Positions 11,346 through 24,748 are shown, counted from the first letter of the whole stretch. The stretch is DNA of 63,248 bases, filler included, from Aduncisulcus paluster (GCA_024181965.1; 23 parts of 23 records of this genome joined end to end with filler, not necessarily neighbours in it); one strand, 5' to 3'. Notes: generated by a model from the sequence alone, not told the origin. Numbers and translations are program-made.

Positions 11346-12731
11346 ATGAGCCATAGCGAAATACAAGCTACCAACCCATTAAAACTCACTGTAATCGAGC
11401 CTGGACAAACTGGAAATGCTGCTAATGGACTTTTTATTGAAAGATTAAGGAGCGACGATACGGACGACGTGAAAGAATTTTTAAAGAAAATTCAGGAACT
11501 GAAAACGACTCATCACGACTTGATAATACCTCCCTTTAGCCAATTGATGCCTCCTATTAGTGCTACTCTGCTGGGATATGTTTTGGAAGAACCGATTGCG
11601 ATGACGTGCACAAACCAAGTTTACTTGACGAAAACCATTGAAAAAGCCATAAAAGCCTTTACACCCGATGATATGTTTCGAAAATTCATGCTGGAAGCTG
11701 AAAAGATTGTGTGTGAAACAAATGCTGATGGCGAATCTATTTCAATGAAACAAGCGTACAAATACACTGCTAACTGGAGTAGACTGAGGATGGAGCTGCT
11801 GGAAGGACGTGATGTGGATGAATTGAAAGAATCGAAAATTGTGGATTTATTTGTTGACGGAATAAGACCTGTTCATTTCAGAAACGCCATTAAAGAAGCT
11901 GTAGAACACCTGAGAACACTAGAACGACACGGATCTCTTGAAACAACTGACAGAACACCCGATGCTGACACCCAAGACAGAGTCAGTGCTTATTTTGTCC
12001 ACGAAGTGATTTCTCTTGAAAAAATTGCGACTAGTTATGAAACCAGGCTAGGTAAACGCCATTCTGGAGGAAAAGAATACACTGAAAAATCTTTATTGCA
12101 ACAGAATCAACTCAGAACGCAAGCGATGACAATTGAACCCCCGACGATGGTAAGAACACACCAGGCGACAACACCCATGGCTTATGACCTGCCTCAAGTG
12201 GAAACCCCTGCTGTTACACCTGGAGGAAGCTATGGTAGACCTCAAGGAATGACACCCCAGCGTGAACTGCGTCCGACATGTGTATTTTGCCTTTATTCGA
12301 ATCATTGGTGCTGGGAATGCGACCATATGGGCGGAAGACATCAAGCGAGAGGAGCAGCATGCAAGCCTGTGTCAAGACAAGCCTGGAAACGTTATGGATC
12401 CATCATACAATCAAAGAGACCTGATTTATTAGACAAGTTCCACAAATTCATGGCTGAGTGTGTAAAAAGAACCGGATTTGATGAATATGGTGCAGCTCTT
12501 GGAGCCACACCTCAAGGATATCAACGAGACACCCGAGGACGTTACATACCACAAGAAAGAGTATTAAAGAAGGACAAACCTTGTTGGAATTGCCGTGAAT
12601 TGGGACATTACACTCGAGAATGTACACTACCACTGAAAACTCAAGCTGAACTTGATGTTGCGAGAAACCTTTATTACACCGACAGAAAAGCCTTCTTCGC
12701 GAGTAAACCAGATGGTAGATACCCGGAATAG
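11346..12731 (+). mobile_element. gag: Retrotransposon Gag-like protein with two CCHC zinc knuckles
   Basis: CVFCLYSNHWCWEC and CWNCRELGHYTREC (both CX2CX4HX4C); capsid-like segment IVDLFVDGIRPVHFR. Confidence 0.8.
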
Positions 12732-12930
12732 TTTAAACTCGACACGAAGACACCTTCAAATGATAAAGAAGATGTCATGACAATGGTTAATATGATNNNN
12801 NNNNNNNNNNNNNNNNNNNNNNNNNNNNNNNNNNNNNNNNTTAATTAATTAANNNNNNNNNNNNNNNNNNNNNNNNNNNNNNNNNNNNNNNNNNNNACTC
12901 GAGTATGCCGACCGTCAGGCCTGTGGAGGA

Positions 12931-13122
12931 ATGTACAAGTCAGTTCCTATCTGTGAAGTGTTCCCATATGCCATTCAATGCTCGACGTATCCAACTCTTC
13001 CGTATCTCTCCCACCCTCTCTCCTTCTCGCCCTCTAAGCACCTTGTCCGTGTCTGCAATAGACTGCTCCATAAGATGAGTGTGTCCGTGTCCATGCGTGC
13101 AGCCATCACATCCTCTTCCTCT

Positions 13123-13169
<47 letters not shown>

Positions 13170-14642
13170 CTCCCAGGAATGTTCCAGTTCCACTGCATTC
13201 AATGTCCATCCTGTGACGATTGCACAGGCATATGACCATCTCTCGAGTGAGTCAGAGTTCCCCATCTGTGATTCAAAGGAGGAGTGGCTGTTGACCCTCA
13301 AACATGCCGTGAAGTTCACCCTGAGGAATGAACATGACACCGCTGAGATGTTGACTCAATGGTGGGAATATCTCGAAGAACAAGGAAAGATAGCCACATC
13401 GACAGAGCCAGACCCAGAGGAGAAGAGTGGAGAATCCGCCGAGATCACACGTATTTGCTCCATGTTCCATTCATTCCCACTCTCAAGTGCTCTTCGAGGA
13501 GCTGAGCAAGCCGACGCTCTTTCCCTCTCGTGTGCTCTGACCCCTTCTGTCCTTTCATCTCTCCTCGTGTTGTTGATCCACACGAAGCCTGACGTTGCCG
13601 TGTTCCTCACATTCCTTGGTGGGTACAGTCTTTGGAAACGTGCAGAGGTTGCCCTCAAGCCACCTTCCAAGAGCGACGTCCACCCTTATTTGCTTGTCCC
13701 CCCATTCGTGTGTCCTTCCATGTGTCCTCCCCCATTCTTCCCTTTCCCTGACCCCACACAGAGTATCATGGATACGACGTCCATGCTTCGTGCTGCCATG
13801 GCGAAAGGAGGCATGTCTGATGGTGATATTAACTCTGTCCTGGAGGTTCCATTGTATGTCTCCAGACCTTCCTCCTCTCCTCCTCCTCCTCCCCCTTCTG
13901 CATCTGTCTCGTCCTCTGACATGTCGTATGGTCTTCCACTGTCGCCATTTTGTTGCGAGGCGATGACATCCATGGTCGTGAATTGATCGCACATGCAGCA
14001 CTCACACTTGACACCGAGAATCCCTCTGTGGACAGCCCTGGTGTGTATGCGGGTGTGACTTGGGAGCTGTCAGAGTTCGGGAAGGAGCGTGCTGGAATGG
14101 AATGGGATCTTGCCGTTGCCTCACAAAAGATGTCATCTGCGACTGACGAAAGTATTGATTCAACGACTGATGCAACGACAGAGCCAATGCTTTCATCTGG
14201 CTCCACTCTCGCCTCCATTGGCATTGATTTGAGACAATACCTGTCCAAAATGTTCCCTTCCCTGTTGCCCATGTACAAGTGTTCTGATGGCATGAGTCGA
14301 CAATGCTACATTGATGCAATCGGTGCCATGCTCAGTGTGGCTCCTCTGAAGTTCCTTGCTCGCACAGCATCCCTCGAGGAAATCGACACGACCGAACATC
14401 TTCCAAAGCTGTCTGTTCGTGAGATCCTCTCGTTAGTGCGTCCCATGAAGGTTGAGGATAGACAGAGGAGCATTCTTCGTGTGGCTTGGATTGGAATGGA
14501 TGTGTCCATGACTGAGGATGCATCTGTCCAGTCTGCATTGTTTAAGAGGTCTCCCATGAGTGTGTCCAATCCTTCCCTTTCCTCCTCTCCTTCTCCTTCT
14601 TCTCCTTCTTCTCCTTCATTCACATGCGCTGCCTTTTGCAGA
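12931..14642 (+). CDS. Hypothetical Ser/Pro-rich protein in two overlapping frames (frameshift near 13970), 3' partial
   Basis: ORFs 12931..13986 and 13950..contig end overlap. No recognisable domain. Confidence 0.45.
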
Positions 14643-14742
14643 NNNNNNNNNNNNNNNNNNNNNNNNNNNNNNNNNNNNNNNNNNNNTTAATTAATTAANN
14701 NNNNNNNNNNNNNNNNNNNNNNNNNNNNNNNNNNNNNNNNNN

Positions 14743-15444
14743 CTTCCTTCTGTTCCAAGTCTCTCGTTGTCATCTTCTTCTTTACACCCACACTCACACT
14801 CACGCTCACACCCACACTCACAACACTTCCGAACGTTGCTTCGTTCAGCCTTGACAGCACGAACTTGTGGGGACTGTCCATTCATCGTGCCTCTGCTATG
14901 TGCTTTCCGTGATGAGCATGTGAAGACCGCGGATAAGAATGGAGCTTACTTGGTGTTTCCATTCTATCGCCAAGGTGACATGATCAAGTGGATCAAGTCA
15001 TGTTCTCCAAGTGTGTCGCAAGTGCGTCACGTGTTGAAATGTGTGCTTCATGCACTGTCGTCCTTGCATGTGAAGGGGATCGTGCATTGTGACTTGAAAC
15101 CTCAGAATGTCTTGATCGATGGTGATGGCAATGGTCTTCTGTGCGACTTTGAGGGAGCTGTCGATTGTGGTGAACGGACTGTTCGTTTGTTCAGTCAGAC
15201 GATGCGAATCGGCTCACGTGGATACATTGCACCAGAGCTTGAAAGGACTATAAAGGACAAGAAAGAACATCCCCATCCAAAACCCTGGAGTGACATGTTC
15301 GCATTCGGTGTTCTTATTGAAGAAGTGTTTGGCCTCTTGCAAGGTGTTTCCATGCCTGATGATGTGCGATCCATCAGTTCTGCATGTCAGAGTAAGAAGC
15401 CACAGCATCGACCCACAGCAGCGGATCTGTTGACGAAGATGTGA
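14743..15444 (+). CDS. Ser/Thr protein kinase, DFE-type family A, 5' partial
   Basis: HCDLKPQN, CDFEG, GSRGYIAPE, DMFAFG, RPTA. Close paralogue of 26280..28592. Confidence 0.9.
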   Translation, partial: LPSVPSLSLSSSSLHPHSHSRSHPHSQHFRTLLRSALTARTCGDCPFIVPLLCAFRDEHVKTADKNGAYLVFPFYRQGDMIKWIKSCSPSVSQVRHVLKCVLHALSSLHVKGIVHCDLKPQNVLIDGDGNGLLCDFEGAVDCGERTVRLFSQTMRIGSRGYIAPELERTIKDKKEHPHPKPWSDMFAFGVLIEEVFGLLQGVSMPDDVRSISSACQSKKPQHRPTAADLLTKM

Positions 15445-16429
15445 GATGTGGAATGAAGAGGTATGGAATAATGATATATTGAGGATATGAAATGATATTA
15501 TTGATTGAGATTTGAGCCTAACTCAAATGTAGTATTGATTGCGTTCTATTTTCAGATGTTCTATTTTGAGATACATGATTCATTTCTGAGCGTGTATTTT
15601 TTTATGATTTGTTGTTTTTCATCGTATATTCCATGGTTGTTTGCTTGTTTTTATTGTTATTGTTTATAGTTGTTCATTCTTGTTCATCTTTTCCTCCTTG
15701 TTCTCCGTTTTGAAATCTGTTCTTGTGTTGATAATGTTGCTCTATTGTTGTCGTTGTGAGTCTATTGTAAATTCACTCAGTTAACACCAACACAATCCCT
15801 GATCCAGTCATTTCTGTGGTCTTTCTGAAAGAGTAAACAACCATCTTGCAAATTACCAACTTCACAAACACCCATTCACAACAGTTTATTGATCAGAGAC
15901 CTGAAACCAACAATATGGGAAGGAGATGAAAATGCATCATCCCATTCTCGTGCTCGGAAGGCTTCGAAGTGTGAATCTCTTTGTTGTTTCTCTTTCTCCA
16001 ACTCTCGACGAATCTCATCAAGACGATGGAAATCTAAGGCAAAGAACCAATAACACAAAGAAATGTCTAATATAATAAGAATATTTCCGAAAACTCGATT
16101 ATTTCGATCATTTTAGACAAAAATACAAACATGATTTCTATTTTTAGAAATTCTATTTTTAGAACACACAAATTATTAATGTCCTAAAAATCGAATATTA
16201 TCCAATATTAACTTCATAAAAATGTTTTATTAGGGGAGAAAAATGATGAATTACTTCTCTAGAGAGATGTTCAAACAACATAAGAAGGGAAAGTTATAGT
16301 ATTGGTCAAAAGTGTGACAGAATGATGAGTGAGTTAATCTCTCAGAATTTAAATGTTGAGTTCAAATAAGTCCTTTCTTGTTTCATTAGATTCTCTTAAG
16401 CCAAGATATCCCAACGATGCCTCACATTG

Positions 16430-17563
16430 TTATTCTTTCTCTTCTTCTTCTTCTTTTCTCAAGACAACATCTTTTGGAGGTTCCCATGGCAGTAGAGATA
16501 ATCGATCGGCTTCAACGACTTCTTCTGACATTGTAAAAATAATGGACCCAATGCAAAAACTTCGATTTCCTTTCTCTACCCATCTTCCTTTCCCATCAAT
16601 TTCACACAAAATAATGTTATCTAAATCAATAGGAAGAAAAAAACATCCAAGCCAAGTTTCAAGTCTTGTGAATTCATACATTATGGAGGTTTTCTTACCA
16701 TCATAATCAGTGAAAGTGAAAACAAGAGAAGGTGAACTGTAATCACGATTTACACAGATATACGCACCTTTCATTGGACTAGGTGACGAGAAAGGGATGA
16801 AAAGATGGGATAAGAAAACATCAGATTCCCCTTTTAACATTCTTTGTGCACTTGAACTCTGATCATACCATTTAGAAACAATTCTTTTTGTATAATCCCC
16901 AGATTTCACCAACGATATTGCAGGATTTATGACTTTTGGATCATCTCGAGGAATTGGAATGGTATTTCCTTTCTGAACAAACTTTGGTTTCACAACAACA
17001 GATTCTGCCCATAGTTTCTCACGAGCTGCTTCTTTTGCTTTACGAACCATAATTTCCTCAGAGGTTTCTTCTCGAATAAATTCAAAGGAAAATATTTCAA
17101 AGAATTCATCCTTTCCTTTCCCAGTAATCTCACACAATACAACCTCCTCAAGATCAATTGGAAGATAGAAATACATCTCGCAAGTATATACTTTAGGGAA
17201 TTCGTATTTCTTGGATATTTGTTCTTTTTTTGAAGAATCTATATGGGATAAAAAAGTAAAAGTGAAGATAAGATACAAAGGAGCATGATAATCACGAACA
17301 CAGATATAGGCTCCTTTGATAGGAGAAGGAGAAAATGGAAGGGAAATATGGGTAAAACGTCCCATATTACCTTCCTTCTTCATCATCGCTCGAGCAGAAT
17401 ATGTCTCATCGCAGTTAATTCTGGTTTCATTTCTCGCAGCGATTTTCTCAAACTGCGGATAAACAAAGTTGTTAGCATAAAGAGGAAGGGTGTAAAAATT
17501 CCATTTTCCTTCTTGAAGAAACACTGGCTTTACATTTTGGACAGCTATCGATGATGAACTCAT
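16430..17563 (-). CDS. Complete intronless member of the expanded GAYIC/FLPIDL family (two tandem ~170-aa domains)
   Basis: ATG to TAA, 377 aa. Internal repeat HxxxPFS.SPxKGAYICV...FTFT...YEF...FLPIDL..xxLCEI.GKG. Confidence 0.85.
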   Translation of the reverse strand: MSSSSIAVQNVKPVFLQEGKWNFYTLPLYANNFVYPQFEKIAARNETRINCDETYSARAMMKKEGNMGRFTHISLPFSPSPIKGAYICVRDYHAPLYLIFTFTFLSHIDSSKKEQISKKYEFPKVYTCEMYFYLPIDLEEVVLCEITGKGKDEFFEIFSFEFIREETSEEIMVRKAKEAAREKLWAESVVVKPKFVQKGNTIPIPRDDPKVINPAISLVKSGDYTKRIVSKWYDQSSSAQRMLKGESDVFLSHLFIPFSSPSPMKGAYICVNRDYSSPSLVFTFTDYDGKKTSIMYEFTRLETWLGCFFLPIDLDNIILCEIDGKGRWVEKGNRSFCIGSIIFTMSEEVVEADRLSLLPWEPPKDVVLRKEEEEEKE

Positions 17564-18005
17564 TGACTAATGGGAGATTTGAAAGAGAACACATCAATGA
17601 ATTTAATTTGATGATTATGCATAAAATATACACCAAGGCCAATTAATTGGGATTTCTGACATACAATAATTTCTAATATTATTTCAAAGCAAGAAAAGCC
17701 GAGGAGAAAACTTCCAAAGCCTATTTCATCAGAACGGAAAATCAAAACACATAAAATATAAATAAAAGTAAATGTGTATTCAATTTTTATTAAATATTAA
17801 ACATAATCTTTACCATTAGACTCCTCGCAGACAATCACCACTATATTTCCGATTTTTACCAAAATATCAAATTAAAGTGCATTTTTCATGACATTAAGCT
17901 TTAATTATGATATTTTAATCGATTCATTGTAACATATACATTGTTTTCAGTGAGAAATAAATTCTCTGATAAGAAAACACTCTTCACACTTGAATTTTCA
18001 TTGAT

Positions 18006-20320
18006 TTATTGTAAAACATCATCGAGAAGTTTCTCAAACATAGACTGCGAGAATTCTTGACTTTTCCCATCTTTCCCCCTTTCTTCATGATGATCATCAG
18101 CATCTTCACTACGTATTTTCTCCCTCGAGCTTGAACCAACTGCATATTGTTGAATGTGATCTTTAAATTGTTTTTTTAGCTCAATATCTTTTGCCAATCT
18201 TCCTTCAGAATCAGTATCCACACGAGAATGAATCGAAGGAGATGCCAGTTCACCACCATAGCCGAAAGCACCAGGATTAAATCCACCTCTTGTTAAAGAA
18301 AAGCCCTTCTTTTCTCTTCTCGGTGTTGTTTGGGCGTACATCGAGAACCTTCCAAAAGGTCCAGGAGATGCCAAAGCACTAGAATTTTTTGAAAGAGACG
18401 TGAATGAAGAAGAAGAGGAAGAAGAGGAAGAAGAGGAAGAAGAGGGAGTTGATGGGGATGCCATTCCGACAGCATGAGAATAAGAAGAAGAAGAAGATTG
18501 TATAAGTGGATAATGGTGTGGTGATTCTTTGCGAGATCTTACAGAAGCCTCTTCTTCCTTTTCTCGTCTTTCTCTTCGCAACATTTCAATCTCGCGTCTC
18601 ATTTCCCTCATTTCTGTCATCATTTNNNNNNNNNNNNNNNNNNNNCACCACCATAGCCGACAGCACCAGGATTAAATCCACCTCTTGTTAAAGAAAAGCC
18701 CTTCTTTTCTCTTCTCGGTGTTGTTTGGGCGTACATCGAGAACCTTCCAAAAGGTCCAGGAGATGACAAAGCACTAGAATTTTTTGAAAGAGACGTGAAT
18801 GAAGAAGAAGAGGAAGAAGAGGAAGAAGAGGAAGAAGAGGGAGTTGATGGGGATGCCATTCCGACAGCATGAGAATAAGAAGAAGAAGAAGATTGTATAA
18901 GTGGATAATGGTGTGGTGATTCTTTGCGAGATCTTACAGAAGCCTCTTCTTCCTTTTCTCGTCTTTCTCTTCGCAACATTTCAATCTCGCGTCTCATTTC
19001 CCTCATTTCTGTCATCATTTGTCTATTCATTTGAGACAATTCTTTGTACAAATTCATGCTCTCTGCATTCGGCACAACACTTTGTCCAATGCCCATATGA
19101 CGTGCACTCGACCCTGATGATTCAGGCATCGATATAAACTCTTTCATCCCCTTTAAAACAACCCGGTTTGGATTTTCTCCAGAGGTATCCATGTTTGTTC
19201 CAGAATATTTTCTCTCTTGTTTTCTTGACTCACGCTGGAAGTATTTGTCTATTGTTGGAGAACTTTCAGAGGGTACCGTTAGAGTTTTTTTCTTTATCTT
19301 CTTAATATCCTTAACAGGGTCGAGAGTCTCTTTTTGTTCTGAAAAATCTTTTATCCTGTTTAGATTTATCTTAGTCTCTCTCTTCTCCAACATAACATCA
19401 CTGGAAACACGTTGAAAAGGAGTTGAGGAAACTTCTTCTTTTTGAGCCCAAGTAACATATGGATCATTCTTTTCTTCAACATCACGTTGCAACAAACTAT
19501 CACGATCACTAACATTTATATTCTTGGAACTCTTTGAATGAGTGTTCATATGAGATATCAAAGGATCTTTTGAAACTTTTGAAGAAGAATTACTTAAATC
19601 CATAGAGGTTATGATAGAAGAATAGTTTGAAGGAGGAGAGAAGGATTCATGAAAAGAGGAAGAAGAAGAAGAAGGAAAAGAAGAAGAAAGAGGAAGAAAT
19701 GACGGATCAGATTTCTCTCTTCCTCTCTCTTTCTCTTGCTGAAAGTGGGAAAGTGGAAGCCGAATACTTTTCTTATCTGGGATATGTAAGGAAGAAGAAG
19801 AAGAGGAGGAGGAGGAGGAGGAGGAATCATTAAGATAAGAATTGGGAATATCCTTACAACTTTCTGGTTCTTTCTTGCTGAACTCTTCTTTCTTTGGGGT
19901 TCTTTCAGGCTTTGTGATATCTTCAAAAGGATCTACCGTTGTTTCTTCATTGTTTTGAGACTTTTCATTATCGATATCATCATAAATTCCATCAAACAAC
20001 TCATCGAGATCAGAAAACTCCCCGTCTTTATCAGTTTTTAGGTGGGATTCATGTTCCCTTTTCGACAGCACTTTAGCGTCTGTTACTATATCTTTTGAAG
20101 AAGAGAGAGAATTAGAATCTTTAGAAGAGTTTGATGGAGTCTGTTTTGGTTTTGCTATAGCATAATATTCTTGAATAATGCTGTGTATATCCCATTCTCC
20201 AACACTGCCACACCCATTGACGTTGTTACAGACACATAAACATTGAATCCATTGGTTTGAAATATTGTTATTGGGGGATACCTTTGAAGAACGTTGAGAC
20301 TTAGATCCTTGTGATATAGC
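18006..20320 (-). CDS. Low-complexity/coiled-coil hypothetical protein, 5' partial, containing a gap-flanking duplication
   Basis: The frame is open from the contig end; removing one copy of the 375-bp duplication gives one ORF ending at 18006. Confidence 0.75.
18251..19020. repeat. 375-bp duplication flanking a 20-N gap (unmerged overlap)
   Basis: 18251-18625 matches 18646-19020 apart from two visible substitutions. Confidence 0.9.
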
Positions 20321-20420
20321 NNNNNNNNNNNNNNNNNNNNNNNNNNNNNNNNNNNNNNNNNNNNTTAATTAATTAANNNNNNNNNNNNNNNNNNNNNNNN
20401 NNNNNNNNNNNNNNNNNNNN

Positions 20421-21594
20421 ACATGAATGGACTGTCTAAAATTGGATTTGAGAAAGTTCCATAAATAGCCGAACACGATAGACACATGATGATACAATGG
20501 GTTAGATAAGGGTTTGAAATGTGAGATCTTACAAGATAGAGCCACGAGTGCAAGGACATCCTTGAAGATACCAACACGTCAGCCAAAGTGGTTGGCGATG
20601 GATGATCACTCAAAAGCAGAGAAACTCGATCAGAGAGAGAGACTTGGAATGGAGAGAAAGATGACCGGAGACTATGAATATCGTGGATACTACTTGTACG
20701 AACATCTCTCAAAGCTCCAGAATCAACGTATTCTTCTTCTTCTTCTTCTTCTTCTTCTTCTTCCTCCTCCTCCTCTTCTCCGTTAAGAACAGCCCATTCT
20801 GCACTTTCTTGTCCTTTTCCTTTTTCTTTCCTCTTCTCCTTCTTCTTCTCTCTCCTCTCTCTCTTTTCTTTCTTCTTTTCTTCAGAAGGTGTCATAAGAC
20901 ACATTTCATAACAGCATTTGATAACATTCCCAATGGTAGAAGCCTGTGTAGATAAGGTTGTATTCAGTAAAAGACATAAACTACCAATGGAAGAGAAAGA
21001 AAGCCGAATTAAATTATTCTGAATAATTTGAGGTAAATATCGAATAAAGGGAGATGATGCATTATTATTGGGCGAAGAAGTAAGACAAGATAACGTTCGC
21101 AGAGAGAGAGTAAGGAACATAATTATAGAATGCATTGATCTGATCCGCTTTAACCCAAGTAATCCATAATGACAGTAAGATTTCAATAAACATTCAAGAA
21201 CAATCGAGAAATTCTTTATACAACTGCTAGTTATGGGTGGACTCTCTGAGATACCCGCAGGAGAAAGAAGAGGTTGGGAAGGGGGGTAGCTTGATGAGGA
21301 GAATGAGGAAGAAGATGCAGAAGAAGATGAAGCACCGACAGTTTGAGAAATTCTATTTTTAGCGATTACATGATTAAGATAGACCAGTGAGGCCAGAGTT
21401 AGATCGGTGATAACACCTCCAAATACAGCAATGGAGATGTTTGAATACTCATTGATATGATGCGCGCAAATATCTATAAATAAACATGCGCACTCACATA
21501 AATTACGGGTTGTAGAGTGTAAAAGAGAGGAGAAATCACCACCTTGACGAGCCAGAGTGAAACTATGCTCTGATATTGTGAGATTTTTGCTCAT
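20421..21594 (-). CDS. Hypothetical helical protein with Ser and Glu tracts, partial
   Basis: One open frame spans almost the whole contig. Confidence 0.7.
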
Positions 21595-21698
21595 TCTTNN
21601 NNNNNNNNNNNNNNNNNNNNNNNNNNNNNNNNNNNNNNNNNNTTAATTAATTAANNNNNNNNNNNNNNNNNNNNNNNNNNNNNNNNNNNNNNNNNNNN

Positions 21699-22983
21699 AA
21701 GTGTGCCAAATTTGAAGAGTCTAAAGAGAAATTTGAGTTTACCATCCTTGAGTGTCGTGAGGTTATGAAAGAAGACAAAGAGACATTAAAATCGATTAGA
21801 AGCGATTTAGACAAGGAAAGGGCTGTCAACGTAGACGAACGCGAACGTTTCCAGAGAGAGAGAGAGTTTATAATAGATCGCTTGGATGCTGTTAAAACCC
21901 AATGGCTCCAGCAGCTCAATTCAAAAGAAGAACAGTGGACTCATAAGATTGAGTACATGGCCAATATTTTGGCCACCCGAGAAGAGCTTCACAAAACAGA
22001 ACTCGATATGCTTCATAGGAGAACTAAGACCTGGGAAGAAAATAGAAAACAAGAAGACAAGAAAAGGAAAGAAGAAGAGAAGAAAAGAGTCGCGGAAGAA
22101 GAAGATCGTACTAGAAAAGAAGAAGAAAGAGGAAGAGAAGCGAAAGAATGGGATCGTATTCGAAAAGAAATGGAAATGAAATTGATTGAAGAAGAGCGAA
22201 AAAGGAAAGAAGAGGAAAGAAAAAGGAAAGAAGAGGAAAGAAAAAGGAAAGAAGAGGAAGAGAAGAGAAAAGAAGAGGAGAAGAAGAGAAGAGAAGAAGA
22301 GAAAAGAAGAAAAGACCTTGAAGAAAGAATAAGAAAAGACGAAGAAAAGAAGAGAAGAGAAGAAGAAGAGAACAGGAGAGAAGATGAAAGGAAGAGAAAG
22401 GAGGAAGAAAAGAGGAGGATCGAAGAAGAGAAAAGAAGAAGAGAGGAAGAGAAGAAAAGAAAAGAAGATGAAGAAGAGAGAAAGGAAGAGGAGAAAAGAA
22501 GCAAACAACAGGAAGAGAAGAGGAGAGAAGAGGAAAGAAAACTACAAGAAGAGGAAAGAAGACTACAAGAAGAGGAAAGACAGAAAGACAGAAAACAAAT
22601 TGAATATCTCGAACAGAATTTAACAGAAACGAAAGAGATGTACGAACAAAGGTTGATAACCTCTGAAGTTCAATGGAAAGAAGAGAAATGCCGTTTAGAA
22701 GAAGAGAACCTTTCCTTAATTAGAGAAATTGAGCTCTTAAAGCAATCAGTGGCTTCATTCCGTAGTTCTTCTTCTGATGAAGATATTTCATCCCAAGTTG
22801 GCAATGCTCTCTCTGAAAATGAAAATGAGTCAGACCTGCATGATATTATGCCAGAGGTTTCAAAGGTAGTCATTATCCGTCCTCCCAGCTCAAGTGTTAG
22901 TGCTAGTTCTAGTGCGAAAGAGAAAGAGAATAATGTAAGTACCAATAATGCTATTGATGTCCCTGAACACACTGATGTGATAG
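21699..22983 (+). CDS. E/K/R-rich single-alpha-helix or coiled-coil protein, partial at both ends
   Basis: Open across the contig; EEE(R/K)KRK heptad repeats. Confidence 0.8.
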
Positions 22984-23111
22984 NNNNNNNNNNNNNNNNN
23001 NNNNNNNNNNNNNNNNNNNNNNNNNNNTTAATTAATTAANNNNNNNNNNNNNNNNNNNNNNNNNNNNNNNNNNNNNNNNNNNNAGTACAGTATCCCCTGG
23101 ATAGCAATAGT

Positions 23112-23597
23112 TTAAGAACCAATCTCTTCAATTTTTCCACTGAATGGACAAACTGCCATTTTTCTTGCCATGGATAAATCATCTTCTTCGGACGTTTCAC
23201 CTTCAATCCATACTTTATCTCTATCTTCAGGGGACAGAGCCCGATGACAATATGAAGAAAATGCTTCAGCTCCACCAGTCAGGATGCATATCTTGCATTT
23301 CGATTGGAGAGCAATTGAGGGGTTGGAAAGAATGGTGTTGAGAATTCTTCGGGCGGTAGAAGGACCGCGGCATTGAGAATATTGGCAATGAACGACAATA
23401 TGAGAACAGTGAAGCGATACATTTGAAATCCAATCTAGCTGGGAAGAAAGTTTATATGTGGGAATATGAATTGAAACTTTAATATATCCAAATGATTTTC
23501 GTTCATAATCCGATCTGGCATCGATGATAAACACTTTATCTTTGCCAGATGATGAAAGCAGGACTTGGAGATCAGATGGACTCAAATATTCAGTCAT
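23112..23597 (-). CDS. Cdc25-like rhodanese-fold phosphatase / ACR2-type arsenate reductase
   Basis: IIDAR, GYIKVSIHIP and active-site loop HCQYSQCRGP (HCX5R). Confidence 0.85.
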   Translation of the reverse strand: MTEYLSPSDLQVLLSSSGKDKVFIIDARSDYERKSFGYIKVSIHIPTYKLSSQLDWISNVSLHCSHIVVHCQYSQCRGPSTARRILNTILSNPSIALQSKCKICILTGGAEAFSSYCHRALSPEDRDKVWIEGETSEEDDLSMARKMAVCPFSGKIEEIGS

Positions 23598-23868
23598 TTC
23601 CCTTTGATATGTTTAAGTTGTTAATATAAAACTTGAAAAAGAAGGAAACTGTGCTGAATAGATTTTCGAATAGCGAGAAGAAAGCAATCACAATCTATAA
23701 CAAATTCTGAGGATATTTAGAGCAGTCAAAATAAAAAATTGAACGTAAAATTAATAGTAGAAGTTTTTTAATTTTTTATAATGTTGAAATTACTCTTTAG
23801 CATGGATGTACAACAACATCGACATTTTGACAACAGATAGGGATCTCTTCAGGGATAAATCAAAATAT

Positions 23869-24618
23869 ATGAGTAGTGTATGCAATAATATTTTCGTTAA
23901 TTCTATTTTTTGACATTTTTATTAATCCTTTCTAACACTTTTTAATTACAAGGAAAAAATATTCAAGGTGTTGGTGGTAGGACCTCCATATTGCGGAAAG
24001 ACTTCAATCGTTAATTTTTTGAGTTTCAATCTTTTTAGTGAAGAATACAAAACAACTCTGGGTGTTGATTTTGTCGAGTTTCGGCCAAGGGATTGTCTTG
24101 CTCACAAATTTCCTGATGATGTTGCTGCTTCTCGAATTCAATTATGGGATGTTGGTGGACAAGAGGTATATCGTGGGATTGTTCGCTATTATTATGAAGG
24201 GGCTCATTGTTGCTTCGTTGTCTGTGATATTTCGCATCCAAATTCTTTTCAGAAGGCTATACAATGGAAAAGAGATATAGACGAGGGTCGTACTTTCCCT
24301 GGATCATCTTCTCTTCTTCCCTCTATTCTTTTTTTCAACAAAACGGATTTACCCCATGATCTTACTGATGATGATCTTGCTAAAATTGCCAGGGATGGAA
24401 ATTTCACACATTGGTTCAAAGGAAGCGTTAAAACTATGAAGGAGACGGGAGAAACAGGATTGTATGATGCAGTTACTACTTTAATCAGAGAAACCATTTC
24501 CTTATCAATTAAAACCGAAAAGGAAGCAGAAGAGGCAGAAAAATCGGACGGGGAAGATAGTTTTGTTGACTTTATTAAATCACATGACAAAGATAAAGAG
24601 AAGGGATGTTGTAAATAA
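23869..24618 (+). CDS. Rab GTPase, Rab32/38/29-like; intron 23878-23952
   Basis: Spliced start MSS|EKIFKVLVVGPPYCGKTS; YKTTLGVDF, WDVGGQE, WKRDID, NKTD; C-terminal GCCK prenylation motif. Intron GTATGC...TTCTAAC...AAG. An alternative in-frame ATG lies at 23806. Confidence 0.85.
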
Positions 24619-24748
24619 GAACTTCTTACAAGAAGTTGAACTTCTTGGNNNNNNNNNNNNNNNNNNNNNNNNNNNNNNNNNNNNNNNNNNNNTTAATTAA
24701 TTAANNNNNNNNNNNNNNNNNNNNNNNNNNNNNNNNNNNNNNNNNNNN

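Noticed and set aside
21886..22623. Long antisense and alternate-frame ORFs (poly-Phe/Ser/Leu)
   Set aside because: They are shadows of GAA/AGA-rich coding sequence. The same applies to most short overlapping ORFs in the track.
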